A DNA stretch of 55,580 nucleotides from the IMG/VR virus record IMGVR_UViG_3300036884_000126, positions 1-55,580 of that record, one strand, 5' to 3'. Every line of letters begins with the position of its first letter. Position 1 is the first letter of the stretch. Under the pieces are notes generated by a model, which saw only the letters and a list, made by a program, of their open reading frames with translations, was not told the origin of the DNA and made no database searches. A program made the translations under genes and the position numbers. Source of the DNA: a virus. Taxonomy: Duplodnaviria; Caudoviricetes. Shown here in pieces: positions 1-9,332 of this stretch.

Positions 1-17
1 ACGCGCTCGGACGGCAA

Positions 18-1100
18 GTGAGCGCATCAGAAGAGATCGCTCCGGAGCGGCTGGCGGAAGAAGCCCGAGCTGATATCCAGAGCGCTATCATCGTGGCGCG
101 GAAGTTCCCGCGCAATGAGCAGGCGGCCTACCAGAAGATCATGCACGCCTGCCAGAGGACGAATTTTGCCGAGGATGCGATGTACTCCTTTCCACGGTTC
201 GATTCTGATGAGGGCAAAAACGTGGACATCACCGGGCCCAGCGTCAAGCTGGCACGGGAGGCCGCCCGAGTTTGGGGCAACATGCGGTGGGGCCTCGTCG
301 TGATCGCGGACGGGGAAGACATCCGCACCATCGAGGGTTGGGGCTATGATCTGGAAACCAACACTCGAGTCTCCGGGCAAGACACCTTCACGAAGGTTGG
401 CTACACCCGGCGCGACGGATACAAGCCTCTCAATGAGCGCGGACTTCGGGAGGCCACGGCACGCCGGGGAGCCTTCCTGGTCCGCAATGCGCTCCTGCAG
501 CTCATTCCAAGCGACTTCATTGATGATGCCATGGCGGAAGTCGAAAAGACGCTCTCGACGGAAGCCCGGAAGGATCCGGACGCAGAGAAGAAGCGGATTA
601 TTGCGGCCTTTGATGCGATTGGGGTTCCGGTAGCTGAATTGGAGGCTTACCTCAAACATGGGCTGGCCTCCGCGTCTCCGGCTGAAATCAAGAAGCTTCG
701 CGGAATCTATAAGAGCATCGAGGATGGTAACTCAACCTGGGCAGAATATATCGGGAAGTCTGAGGCTCCGCCCAAGGATAAACCTCCCGTCAACGCTCCT
801 GCCTCCAGCACGAATCAAGCACCGCTGGCCGCGACGGCGCCCGAAGCTGTGGCCTCGCCGGGCAACGGCAAGACTTCGGGGCTCATTGATGACTCCGAAA
901 AAGGTCTGGTCTGGCAACTTGCACGAAAGAGGAAGTGGGCCGCCTCCGGGAAGTCTGTTCCGGACGACCCCCTTCATCTGTGGCTTCAGAAAGAATATGG
1001 CATTGATTCCGTAACGAAAATCCGCAACGCGGATTTCAAAGGCTTGCTCATCAAGCTCAAGGAAGGCCCGGAAAAGGCAGGCTTTACTCCGGTTGTATAG
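18..1100 (+). CDS. Putative phage recombination/single-strand annealing protein (may start upstream of the window)
   Basis: ARKFPRN...YSFPR...GPSVKLAREAARVWGN pattern typical of a phage early protein family; lies directly before an exonuclease-like gene. Confidence 0.5.
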   Translation: MSASEEIAPERLAEEARADIQSAIIVARKFPRNEQAAYQKIMHACQRTNFAEDAMYSFPRFDSDEGKNVDITGPSVKLAREAARVWGNMRWGLVVIADGEDIRTIEGWGYDLETNTRVSGQDTFTKVGYTRRDGYKPLNERGLREATARRGAFLVRNALLQLIPSDFIDDAMAEVEKTLSTEARKDPDAEKKRIIAAFDAIGVPVAELEAYLKHGLASASPAEIKKLRGIYKSIEDGNSTWAEYIGKSEAPPKDKPPVNAPASSTNQAPLAATAPEAVASPGNGKTSGLIDDSEKGLVWQLARKRKWAASGKSVPDDPLHLWLQKEYGIDSVTKIRNADFKGLLIKLKEGPEKAGFTPVV

Positions 1101-1171
1101 ATTGGGCTGATGAGGCGGTCGGACGGGCCGCCTCACCAGTACACTGAAACAGCAGAACAGAGGGGGAGAAT

Positions 1172-1804
1172 ATGGCAAGGCCAGAGGGGGGATACTATCA
1201 GGACGGCATTCGTGTGGTCAGCCTTACCGAGGCACTTTCCGCAACGCGAGTGCGGCGATGGAGCGGGAACGAGCGCAGTTGGGATAGGAGGCGAAAGATT
1301 GGCTCGGCGGTTCATCAGGCTTGCGCCATCCTCGACTGCAACGGGAAAACCTGGGATACGGCGCCCCGGGAGTGGATTGAACCCTATGATGCCGTCAGCC
1401 ATGAAGTACGCGGTTTCTGTCATGCCTGGGAACGCTGTAAAGAGGAGCAGGAGATCATCATTCACCTGGTTGAGCACAGCTTCTTTGCCAAGCTCGAAAT
1501 CACCCTCTTTGCGACGACAATCGATCGTGAAGGTCTGCGGCGCGGAGAGCCTGCGCTGATTGAACTGAAAACTCCACAATTGAAAGAGGCTTATTGGGGC
1601 GTGCAACTGGCCGGGCAGGAGATGGCGACGGTGGCCAACCTTGGCCCTCCGCGGGTACGACCCTTCAAATACCACCGATGGGTCGCGCAGCTCTTCGTCA
1701 ACGGAACCTACAAACTGATTCCCTACGTTGACCCTATGGACTTCGCTATCTTCCGGCAGAGCCTTAATATCGCGGTCTGGAACCGGAACGCCTACGGAGA
1801 ATGA
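1172..1804 (+). CDS. PD-(D/E)XK exonuclease-like protein
   Basis: GSAVH motif, TTIDR...LIELKT catalytic-like motif, QLAG; SD GGGGAG upstream. Confidence 0.65.
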   Translation: MARPEGGYYQDGIRVVSLTEALSATRVRRWSGNERSWDRRRKIGSAVHQACAILDCNGKTWDTAPREWIEPYDAVSHEVRGFCHAWERCKEEQEIIIHLVEHSFFAKLEITLFATTIDREGLRRGEPALIELKTPQLKEAYWGVQLAGQEMATVANLGPPRVRPFKYHRWVAQLFVNGTYKLIPYVDPMDFAIFRQSLNIAVWNRNAYGE

Positions 1805-1814
1805 AAGGAGGGGT

Positions 1815-2009
1815 ATGGAAGCTCAAGCACGGCTACGAAAAATCGTCGAGGCACTGCGAACGCGAGCCGGCCCGATGAAAGCTTTTGAGTGGAGGCAGCA
1901 ACATCCAGATCTCATTCGAATGAACGAGGTTGAGCTGCATCACGAGCTACTTTTAAGAATGGCGGAATGTGTACTCGAGACAGAGTCCTTGGTCAAGACT
2001 TTACCTTAG
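1815..2009 (+). CDS. Hypothetical protein
   Basis: AAGGAGG SD before ATG 1815. Confidence 0.55.
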   Translation: MEAQARLRKIVEALRTRAGPMKAFEWRQQHPDLIRMNEVELHHELLLRMAECVLETESLVKTLP

Positions 2010-2024
2010 AAAGGAGGACTCAGC

Positions 2025-3404
2025 GTGCAGAAAGAAGGTTTGAGCAGGTACTGGGGAAGCGTCCAAATGGCCTTGCTCTCCCGGCTCTCGGATGATGATC
2101 TCAGGGCCTTTGGCTTCATCAATGCGGACGGATTGCCCATGCACATGAACCGATCGATAGCTGACAAAGCTATCAGCTTGGTTCATCAGAAGCTAGAACA
2201 GCGCGAGCGGCAGACGACGCCCGCCGCGACCATACAGGGGGAAACACCAGTGGCAAAAACCGTGAAAGAAAAAAACAGGACAGAGAAGGTTGAAACCTTG
2301 CCGGCCGTGGTCGTTGCTCCGGTTGGGCCTCAGCCCATTGTGATCACCAGTGGTGCGCTGGCCGAGCTCGCCAACGCCATTACTGAATCCGTCGGGACAG
2401 CGCTCCATGAAACGATTGACACGGCCATTGAACAGGCCATTGATTACCAGACCATCACGGACGGGCAAAGCTACACCAAGGCATCCGAACACCGGAAGGC
2501 TCTCCGGGGGCTCATTACGACGAAGGGCGATCCCACTGAGCCGGGCAGGCTGCGGGTGCGGGTGACGATGGGCATCATGGATGAGGCAGGGCAAAGGGTA
2601 GCCGTTGCGGCAGAGACGACGATTGGGACGAAATCGGTAGATGATCTGTACGCGCCGCTCTCTGCCCTGCTCGATAAGCTGCACAAGGCAACGACACAGG
2701 GGCGGTCCGAAGTTTCAGGACGCATTGAAGCAGCGCGAAGCCTACTCGAAAGGGCCATCCTCACCTGGGATGATGAGCAGCGAGCCAGGAAGCAAGAAGC
2801 GGAGCGGCTGGAAACGCTACGGCAGGAGCAGGCAGTACGCACGGAGGCCGCGCGGCACTGGATTAACCAACTCTGTGAACACGGAGAGAAGCTTGAATCC
2901 TGTCAGGCCCTCTTAAGCCATCCACTCGATGAGGTTACGGCACCGGAAGTCCGAGCCCTGGAAATGCGGCTGCGGGAAAAGCTTATGGAAGAAGAGAAGG
3001 AGAAGCAGGAAAGAGAGCTTGCGGAAGCCATTGAAACGGCAAAGACCCTGGATATGCCGTTTGGCTTCATCAATGACGTGGTTAAAGAGTTGGAAGAGCA
3101 GAAAGCGGCGCCAGTTGTTATCGAGGCGCCACCGCCCCCCCCGCCTCTGCCTCCTCGTATGGTCGCGCCTGCCGTGGCACAGGCACAAACGCCCAAGATT
3201 TCAGGACAGGGCCGGACGACGCACTATACGCTTCGGATTGATAACCCCCATGAGATTCCGGCTGCATGGTTGCTGCCGCAGAATGACAAGATGTATGACC
3301 CGGATAGCTACCCCCGGCTTCGGGCTGAAGCGCGGCTTCAGGGAATGCAGCTCAAGGTCCCCGGAGTGACGGTTATTCCAGAGCCGAAGCTCACACAACG
3401 CTAA
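2025..3404 (+). CDS. Coiled-coil phage early protein
   Basis: AGGAGG SD before GTG; long charged coiled coil, Pro-rich linker, C-terminal IP..W...VPGV tail. Confidence 0.6.
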   Translation: MQKEGLSRYWGSVQMALLSRLSDDDLRAFGFINADGLPMHMNRSIADKAISLVHQKLEQRERQTTPAATIQGETPVAKTVKEKNRTEKVETLPAVVVAPVGPQPIVITSGALAELANAITESVGTALHETIDTAIEQAIDYQTITDGQSYTKASEHRKALRGLITTKGDPTEPGRLRVRVTMGIMDEAGQRVAVAAETTIGTKSVDDLYAPLSALLDKLHKATTQGRSEVSGRIEAARSLLERAILTWDDEQRARKQEAERLETLRQEQAVRTEAARHWINQLCEHGEKLESCQALLSHPLDEVTAPEVRALEMRLREKLMEEEKEKQERELAEAIETAKTLDMPFGFINDVVKELEEQKAAPVVIEAPPPPPPLPPRMVAPAVAQAQTPKISGQGRTTHYTLRIDNPHEIPAAWLLPQNDKMYDPDSYPRLRAEARLQGMQLKVPGVTVIPEPKLTQR

Positions 3405-3657
3405 GAGAGGTATTTATGGCGATTATCTGATTGCAACAATGGGAAGTGAAATTCAGAGGGGGCGCGCGGCGCCTCCTCTATGCGGGCGAAGGGGAGGATC
3501 TGGGCTTGCTCGACATCGAGTTGCGCAAGACGGTATCCATTCACCGCACGAAAGTCATGGGCCTGGGCAGTAAGGGGGAATGTCTCTATGATGGAAAGTC
3601 CTTCTTGTTTTGTAAAGGCCCTGTCATCACCCGGTAACTCGTGCCGGTGCGACGAGG

Positions 3658-3936
3658 ATGAAGGGGGTGATGATGGGCGGCAACGGCAACCTGCGTAAGC
3701 TTAGCGGAACATTTACGTTCATGGGGGAGGTGATGACCTGCCTTATGTGCGGGAAGATTCAGAAGAGCGTCGCCGGAGTCAAGAGCGACTGGCGCGCCGT
3801 GGTGACAGAGACGGGCAGAACCTTCTATGCCTGCCCTGCGGAGTTCCCCGTGGAAGCTGGGTCGTCGGACGAATTCAGGGCCGCCTACGGGAAGTTCCTG
3901 GCGAAAGTGATCATGATGCTGAGAGAGGAGCTCTGA
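3658..3936 (+). CDS. Hypothetical protein with CxxC motif
   Basis: ORF in tightly packed + strand run. Confidence 0.5.
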   Translation: MKGVMMGGNGNLRKLSGTFTFMGEVMTCLMCGKIQKSVAGVKSDWRAVVTETGRTFYACPAEFPVEAGSSDEFRAAYGKFLAKVIMMLREEL

Positions 3937-3937
3937 A

Positions 3938-4153
3938 ATGGCAAACCTACAACAGTATCCGCAGATGCACTATTACGTCGTCGAGAAGCTGGCCGAGAAC
4001 CCCGGCGCATTTCTCCGGTCGTTTCTTGACTGCTGCGGGTTCGCCGATACGGAGAATTTCGAGATCGTGAAGCCGGCGCTCCTGACGTTGATGGCGAAGT
4101 ATCCGTTACGAGAGAAGGGAGGGGACGCGGATGAAAGCCTACCTGGGGGATAG
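3938..4153 (+). CDS. Hypothetical protein
   Basis: GAGGAG SD; abuts neighbouring ORFs. Confidence 0.55.
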   Translation: MANLQQYPQMHYYVVEKLAENPGAFLRSFLDCCGFADTENFEIVKPALLTLMAKYPLREKGGDADESLPGG

Positions 4154-4352
4154 CGTGTACGTGGATGTGGATGCGCCAGGGCTCAGGCTCACCACGGAGA
4201 ACGGCGAAGAGGATGATCCAAGCAACACGATCTTCCTCGAGGCCGAAGTCTTCACGGCCCTGGTGCGCTACGTCATGGAGCAGCCTGAGTTGAAGGAATG
4301 GAGAAGTCAAGCCGTACGGGATGTCCTGCGAGACCATAAATGCCAAAAGTGA
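4131..4352 (+). CDS. Hypothetical phage protein (YLGD.VY type)
   Basis: KAYLGDSVYV...TIFLEAEVF motif; GGAGG SD. Confidence 0.6.
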   Translation: MKAYLGDSVYVDVDAPGLRLTTENGEEDDPSNTIFLEAEVFTALVRYVMEQPELKEWRSQAVRDVLRDHKCQK

Positions 4353-4361
4353 GCGCGCGAA

Positions 4362-4418
4362 AAAAGAATTCTTTTATTGCTGAAAGTGCTTGCGGCGACT
4401 TTCGACTTTTAGTAAAGT
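4362..4418 (+). promoter_or_regulatory. Putative sigma70 promoter of the replication operon with an upstream palindrome
   Basis: TTGCGG (4390-4395), 17 nt spacer, TAAAGT (4413-4418); perfect AT-rich palindrome AAAAGAATTCTTTT at 4362-4375. Confidence 0.5.
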
Positions 4419-4516
4419 TCGGTTGCGTCAAAGGTCGCCCGACCGGAGACGTGGCCAGAGGGGAGCCGGGGGCCAATCACCCCGGCTACCCTGCCCTGAT
4501 TGGAGGGACGGAACAG

Positions 4517-5260
4517 ATGAGCGTTCAGGCTCTAAGTTGGGTCATCGAAAAATCCCGGCAAAGAGGTAGTAACTTCGTGGTTCTTCTCATGATTGCCAAT
4601 CATGCCCACTCCGATGGCACCAATAGTTTCCCAAGTTATGAACGCCTTGCCTTTGAATCCCGGCTGAAGCCAAGGAGGGTTATGGATATCGTGGATTCCC
4701 TCCGTCTGACGGGGGAGCTCAAAATTGAGAAGGGAGCTGGACCCCACGGAACAAACATCTACTCCTTACCCTTAATGCTTATGGAATCAACAGATATAGG
4801 GGGGGTGCAGGTTCCTGCATATGCAATTCCTGGCACAGATTTGCGCCAGAAATTGCACCCGAACCGTAATGAACCAAATGAACCGTCAAGTACTTCTCTT
4901 AGTAAGCCCTTACTGAAGAACTTTGCACCCCCCACAGAAGAGGAAGTGAGCACCTACATGGTAGAGCAAGGGGTGGAAAATCCGGAGGCGGAAGCCAAGG
5001 CATTTATCGATCACCATGAAACGAGGGGTTGGATTCCAAGCGGGCAGCGCACGCAAATGAAAAGCTGGAAGGCGGCAGTCCGAACCTGGAAACACTTTCA
5101 GAAGCAGAGGAAGGGCGGATATGGATTCAAAAACAAAGCTCAGCAGGCCAGTGAGCATAACACCAAAGTCTTTGAAGCTGCACTTGCGCGTCATCAACCG
5201 GTGGCAGGCGATCTTTTCCCAAAACTTCCACAATCAGACGATCGGGGAGATGCTTCCTGA
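4517..5260 (+). CDS. Phage replication initiator with N-terminal HTH
   Basis: MSVQALSWV...VLLMIANHA...SFPSYERLA HTH; C-terminal FAPPTEEEV...MKSWKAAVRTW; GGAGG SD. Confidence 0.8.
   Translation: MSVQALSWVIEKSRQRGSNFVVLLMIANHAHSDGTNSFPSYERLAFESRLKPRRVMDIVDSLRLTGELKIEKGAGPHGTNIYSLPLMLMESTDIGGVQVPAYAIPGTDLRQKLHPNRNEPNEPSSTSLSKPLLKNFAPPTEEEVSTYMVEQGVENPEAEAKAFIDHHETRGWIPSGQRTQMKSWKAAVRTWKHFQKQRKGGYGFKNKAQQASEHNTKVFEAALARHQPVAGDLFPKLPQSDDRGDAS
4805..4890 (+). repeat. Short imperfect repeats inside the initiator gene (possible origin iterons)
   Basis: GAACC three times at 4861-4885; GCAGGTTCCTG/GCAATTCCTG; GATTTGCGCC/AAATTGCACC. Confidence 0.3.
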
Positions 5261-5534
5261 TATCTGGCTGAAGGCGCTGGGGGATCTTAGTGTGGCAGCC
5301 TTTGAAAGTGCTTGTGAGGAGTATTTACAGCGGGGGAAATTCTTTCCAACGGTGGCGGACATTCGGCAGACCGTAGAAGATGAAAGCCGGATTACTTCAC
5401 TTCCTCTGATGATGTCACGGACACCAACCGCGAAGAAGATTTTCGCGCAGTATGAGAGGGAGAACGCCGCAGCAGAAGCGCGACGTGCCGGGATGGACGG
5501 CCCGGCCAGCGATGGCAAGCCCAAAACCCCATAA
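5121..5534 (+). CDS. Helicase loader/inhibitor-like protein
   Basis: WLKALGDL...FFPTVADIRQ motif; sits between initiator and DnaB. Confidence 0.6.
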   Translation: MDSKTKLSRPVSITPKSLKLHLRVINRWQAIFSQNFHNQTIGEMLPDIWLKALGDLSVAAFESACEEYLQRGKFFPTVADIRQTVEDESRITSLPLMMSRTPTAKKIFAQYERENAAAEARRAGMDGPASDGKPKTP

Positions 5535-6945
5535 ACAAGCGCCGGCACCGGATGAGCAACGCACGATGCCGAACAATGCTGAAGCAGAAAGGGCGCTCCT
5601 TGGGTCCGTTATATTGGACTTAGGGGCGCTCGATATCGCTTTGGAGTTGGGCGTGGCTCCCGAAGACTTCTACCGGGAGGCGCATGGGCTGCTCTTTCAG
5701 CGCATGATTGACCTCGGGGAGCTGGGCCAGGCAATTGACTTCGTAACCCTGGGGGAAGTTCTGTCGCGGGATGGCTGTCTGGAGAAGGCCGGGGGAGCCG
5801 GGTACATTGCCAGCCTGACGGACGGGGTGCCCATTGGGACGACGGCGGCGGTGGGGGAGTACAGCCGGATCGTGAAAGAGAAGTCCACGCTACGGCGTGC
5901 CATCCATGTTGCAAGCAACCTGATGGCCCGAGCCCTGGAAGGGGCTGATGACTCCAAGACGCTTATCGAAATGGGGCAGCAGCAATTCTTCGAGCTGGCC
6001 GAGGAGCGAGTCAGCACCGGCTTCGTTACCCTGCGCCAGGCCATGCAGCAAAGCTTCGGGACGATTGATCGGATATTTGAGCGGGGCGGGACGGGGGACG
6101 GGGTTGAAACGGGCTTTATCGACCTGGACGGGATGCTCGGCTGCCTGCGCAATCAGGAGTTCATCGTAGTGGCGGCCCGGCCCTCAGTGGGCAAGACGGC
6201 CTGGGCGCTGAATGTCGCTGCGCACGTCGCGATGAAACAGCAAAAGGGCGTCGGGATTTTCTCCCTGGAGATGGCGCGTTCGGAGTTGGTCCTGCGCATG
6301 CTTTGCTCGGAGGCACAGGTAGATAGTCATAAGCTGCGGACAGGCTTTGCATCAAAAGATGACTGGGGCAGGATGACGGCAGCGCTCGGGCGGCTGGCGG
6401 AGGCCCGGATTTATATCGACGATACGCCCGGCATATCGATCATGGAGATGCGGGCGAAGGCGCGCCGGCTGGTGGCGGAGCATGACGTGGCGCTGATCAT
6501 TGCGGACTATCTGCAACTGATTAGGGGGACAGGCGAGAACCGGACGCAGGAAGTTTCCAACGTCTCGCATGGCCTTCTCAATATGGCGCGAGAGCTGAAG
6601 CGTCCCGTCGTGGCGATCTCTCAACTCTCCCGCCCTCCCGAGCAGCGGCGCGGGCCGAAGCCCATGCTCTCTGATCTGCGCGAGTCGGGAGCGATTGAGC
6701 AGGACGCGCATACGGTGATCTTTCTTTTCCGTTTCCCACCCAAAGCTTTCCGGGGAGAGCCGGAGGACGAAGAGCTTGGAATAACCGAAGGGGTAGAGAT
6801 TGGGGTCAACATCGCGAAGCAGCGTAATGGGCCAGTGGGCGACGCGACGTTGATGTTCCTGCGGCCCTACGTCAAGTTCGAGAATAGGGCGGTAGCGGGG
6901 TTTGATTACGATGCGAAGGCCGCGGCTGCCGGGCCTGATCGTTAG
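5512..6945 (+). CDS. dnaB: Replicative DNA helicase DnaB
   Basis: EAERALLGS N-domain; Walker A AARPSVGKT; FSLEM; DYLQL; SQLSR; SDLRESGAIEQDA; KQRNGP. Confidence 0.97.
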   Translation: MASPKPHKQAPAPDEQRTMPNNAEAERALLGSVILDLGALDIALELGVAPEDFYREAHGLLFQRMIDLGELGQAIDFVTLGEVLSRDGCLEKAGGAGYIASLTDGVPIGTTAAVGEYSRIVKEKSTLRRAIHVASNLMARALEGADDSKTLIEMGQQQFFELAEERVSTGFVTLRQAMQQSFGTIDRIFERGGTGDGVETGFIDLDGMLGCLRNQEFIVVAARPSVGKTAWALNVAAHVAMKQQKGVGIFSLEMARSELVLRMLCSEAQVDSHKLRTGFASKDDWGRMTAALGRLAEARIYIDDTPGISIMEMRAKARRLVAEHDVALIIADYLQLIRGTGENRTQEVSNVSHGLLNMARELKRPVVAISQLSRPPEQRRGPKPMLSDLRESGAIEQDAHTVIFLFRFPPKAFRGEPEDEELGITEGVEIGVNIAKQRNGPVGDATLMFLRPYVKFENRAVAGFDYDAKAAAAGPDR

Positions 6946-6972
6946 AAGGCGGCCGGACCTGAGGAGGAAATT

Positions 6973-7581
6973 ATGCTCGCGATGAACACGCAACTCAATG
7001 TGAGGTTGGGAAAGGTCCGGCTCAAGACGGATTCCGAGGGGGGCAAGTGGGCCACGCTCGTTCTCACGATGAAGCTGGACGGGAAGGCAAGCCTGAAGCC
7101 TCCGCTGCTCCAGGCATACAAGCTGATGACCGAAGACACGGCGCTGGATGCCATCACCACGGAGCAGAAGCTGGTCAACATCCGCGTGCAGTTTCAGGCG
7201 GGCTCGGGCACGGGGTCGGTTCGGCTGTTCAACCCGAAAGAGCTGACAGGATTCACGCTCAACCGCGAGACGGCAACCCAGGCCGGGACGATCAAGAGAG
7301 ATCGGGGGACGGGCGTCGAGCTGGAATTTACCTTCACCATTCCGCTCGATGATGCGGGCGCCTGGGCGGTCAAGAACTTCGGGGATGATCTGCTCATGCA
7401 GCTCGAACAGTTGCAAGGCGAGCTCCCGCTGGAAGAGGCTGCGCCGGAATCCCAGGATGCGCGCAATCAGCGGATCATCGATGAGGAAGGGAGCGCACCC
7501 GAAGCACCTGAAGAGCCGGCTGCGCAGCCCGGGCTGAAAGGGAAAGAGAAGAAGAAGACGGGACGGAAGACCAAGAAATAA
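6973..7581 (+). CDS. Hypothetical protein
   Basis: GAGGAGG SD; 202 aa with a K-rich tail. Confidence 0.7.
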   Translation: MLAMNTQLNVRLGKVRLKTDSEGGKWATLVLTMKLDGKASLKPPLLQAYKLMTEDTALDAITTEQKLVNIRVQFQAGSGTGSVRLFNPKELTGFTLNRETATQAGTIKRDRGTGVELEFTFTIPLDDAGAWAVKNFGDDLLMQLEQLQGELPLEEAAPESQDARNQRIIDEEGSAPEAPEEPAAQPGLKGKEKKKTGRKTKK

Positions 7582-7598
7582 ATCAGCGAGGGGGGGCA

Positions 7599-8093
7599 AT
7601 GGCGCTTGCCGAGGGGTGGTTCGACGCGGCCTGCGAGCCGGTCAATCCGGGCGGGCATATCGGGTGGGGCTGTCTGTTGAAGCTGGACGGGCAGCCAGTG
7701 TGGAGCATGAGCGGCTACGTTCCGGCGTCACCGGAGACTTCAAACAACGTCGGTGAGTACACGGCGGCGCTCAAACTGCTGCGCGAGATCGGACGGCGTC
7801 AGCGGGCGGGCCTGCGGGGGCCGGTCATCATCCGGGGGGATTCAAAGCTGGTCATCATGCAGCTCAAGCGAAAGTGGAAAGTCCACGGAGGGCTGTACGT
7901 GCCGATCCATCAGCAGGCCGTAGCCGCCCTTGCCGTCGTGTGGGAGCTGGCAGGAGGCTGCGTGCAGCTCGAGTGGATAGGGCGTGATTTCAATGGGGAA
8001 TGTGACGTGCTTTCAAAGAGTGAACTTCACCGGCGCGGCATCGTGTTTCGGCTGCAACCAGAGGCTCCGCCAAGAGAGGAGGCGCGAGCATGA
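7599..8093 (+). CDS. Ribonuclease H-like protein
   Basis: WFDAAC, SNNVGEY, GDSKLV, N..CD.LS catalytic pattern of RNase HI. Confidence 0.85.
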   Translation: MALAEGWFDAACEPVNPGGHIGWGCLLKLDGQPVWSMSGYVPASPETSNNVGEYTAALKLLREIGRRQRAGLRGPVIIRGDSKLVIMQLKRKWKVHGGLYVPIHQQAVAALAVVWELAGGCVQLEWIGRDFNGECDVLSKSELHRRGIVFRLQPEAPPREEARA

Positions 8094-8476
8094 GAACTAT
8101 CACGGAATTTATGGACTGGTGTGATGGCGCGGAGGAACAGTTCGGTGACGTGACCCTCCCAATTGGTCAAATGTTCCTCCGCTACGTGCTGACGCTGGTC
8201 GGCTATGAAGGGGAAGACCTCGCCTGTAGCACGGAGGGCGAGGGATCTCTCATCATTCGCTTTACTCCGGACACGGTGCTCAAGGTACGGGTTTCTGAAA
8301 ACGGGCCGGAGGGCAGCGCCGAAGGGTTGGATGTGTTCGGATTGAGGCGGATAGCATCGGGGCTTTGGCAGTTATTCCCGTCCATGAATCTTCCCGGCCT
8401 GGTTCATGCCTGGGCGCTGATCTACAACGTGCCGGAGCCGGCGCCCTGGGGCAAGAGAATCATTATCGTGGGATGA
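8090..8476 (+). CDS. Hypothetical protein
   Basis: ATGA overlap with previous gene; GAGGAGG SD. Confidence 0.6.
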   Translation: MRTITEFMDWCDGAEEQFGDVTLPIGQMFLRYVLTLVGYEGEDLACSTEGEGSLIIRFTPDTVLKVRVSENGPEGSAEGLDVFGLRRIASGLWQLFPSMNLPGLVHAWALIYNVPEPAPWGKRIIIVG

Positions 8477-8546
8477 GGGCGGCGGACCGCCGCAGGAAGC
8501 GAGGGGGGAATGAAATTACGGACGACGGGAGCCGAAAGGATAACCT

Positions 8547-9332
8547 GTGACTGGTAATGAAATTCGTCGGCTTGTCGGTGATTGGACTGCCCATACCTTC
8601 CGGCAGGCTGCGAATGAGGCGGGCTGGCTCATCAAAAAAGTCGGCGTTGAAAATTTATTCAGTGATCGCATAGGCGCTCGCGACATGATTTGTCGCCATG
8701 ATTCCGCCTGCGGCTGGCTGCTACGGGCTTGGCCAGACATGGCGATGCACGCGCGGTTGCATGACGGAATCTTTGAGGCCAATGTCGAGTCGAAGTCGAT
8801 GGAAACTCCCTATGACAACGCTTCGGTAGAATTCGTACAGGTGTGTATCTTACTTCCTGCAGCGCAACTTGGTGTCCCGATCTACTACCTATTTGGAAGA
8901 CCACGCCCGAGCCAGGGACATCTTGAGGCTTGGATCATTTCTTTGGAAAAGCTGCGGCCGTGGAGAATCGATCTGACGCAACGCAGCCAGGGGTTTGGGC
9001 TCAAGCTAGAGGATAAGGCCAAACTATATTATCCAGGTGTGGATATCCTGCTTCCCAAGGAAGTGGAAAAGCATACGCTCGCGGGCCGGGCGGGCGGGCC
9101 GCCGGGTAGCCGCACGCCATACATGCTCATTCCCAAAACACAGATTATGGACAAGGGTCAGCCTTATGATGACTGGCTGAAAGCTAATTCAGACGGAACT
9201 TTCACGCCCGAGCAGCGGATTGCGTGGTATGGCAGGGGCAAGGGGGAAGAAGTGGAAGCCCGTCAGAACTGGGGGCATCGCATGACCTTTAAGGAGTGGC
9301 AAGAGAAGAATCATATTAAGGGAGGATGGTAA
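8547..9332 (+). CDS. Hypothetical protein, possible PD-(D/E)XK endonuclease
   Basis: WPDM...VESK motif; coupled to the methylase gene. Confidence 0.4.
   Translation: MTGNEIRRLVGDWTAHTFRQAANEAGWLIKKVGVENLFSDRIGARDMICRHDSACGWLLRAWPDMAMHARLHDGIFEANVESKSMETPYDNASVEFVQVCILLPAAQLGVPIYYLFGRPRPSQGHLEAWIISLEKLRPWRIDLTQRSQGFGLKLEDKAKLYYPGVDILLPKEVEKHTLAGRAGGPPGSRTPYMLIPKTQIMDKGQPYDDWLKANSDGTFTPEQRIAWYGRGKGEEVEARQNWGHRMTFKEWQEKNHIKGGW

Noticed and set aside
2929-3369. Same-strand alternative-frame ORF (similarly 32087-32533, 32214-32675, 40170-40622, 42502-42969)
   Set aside because: Arg/Ser/Pro-rich with no motifs, and the main frame is well formed over the same DNA; expected in high-GC sequence
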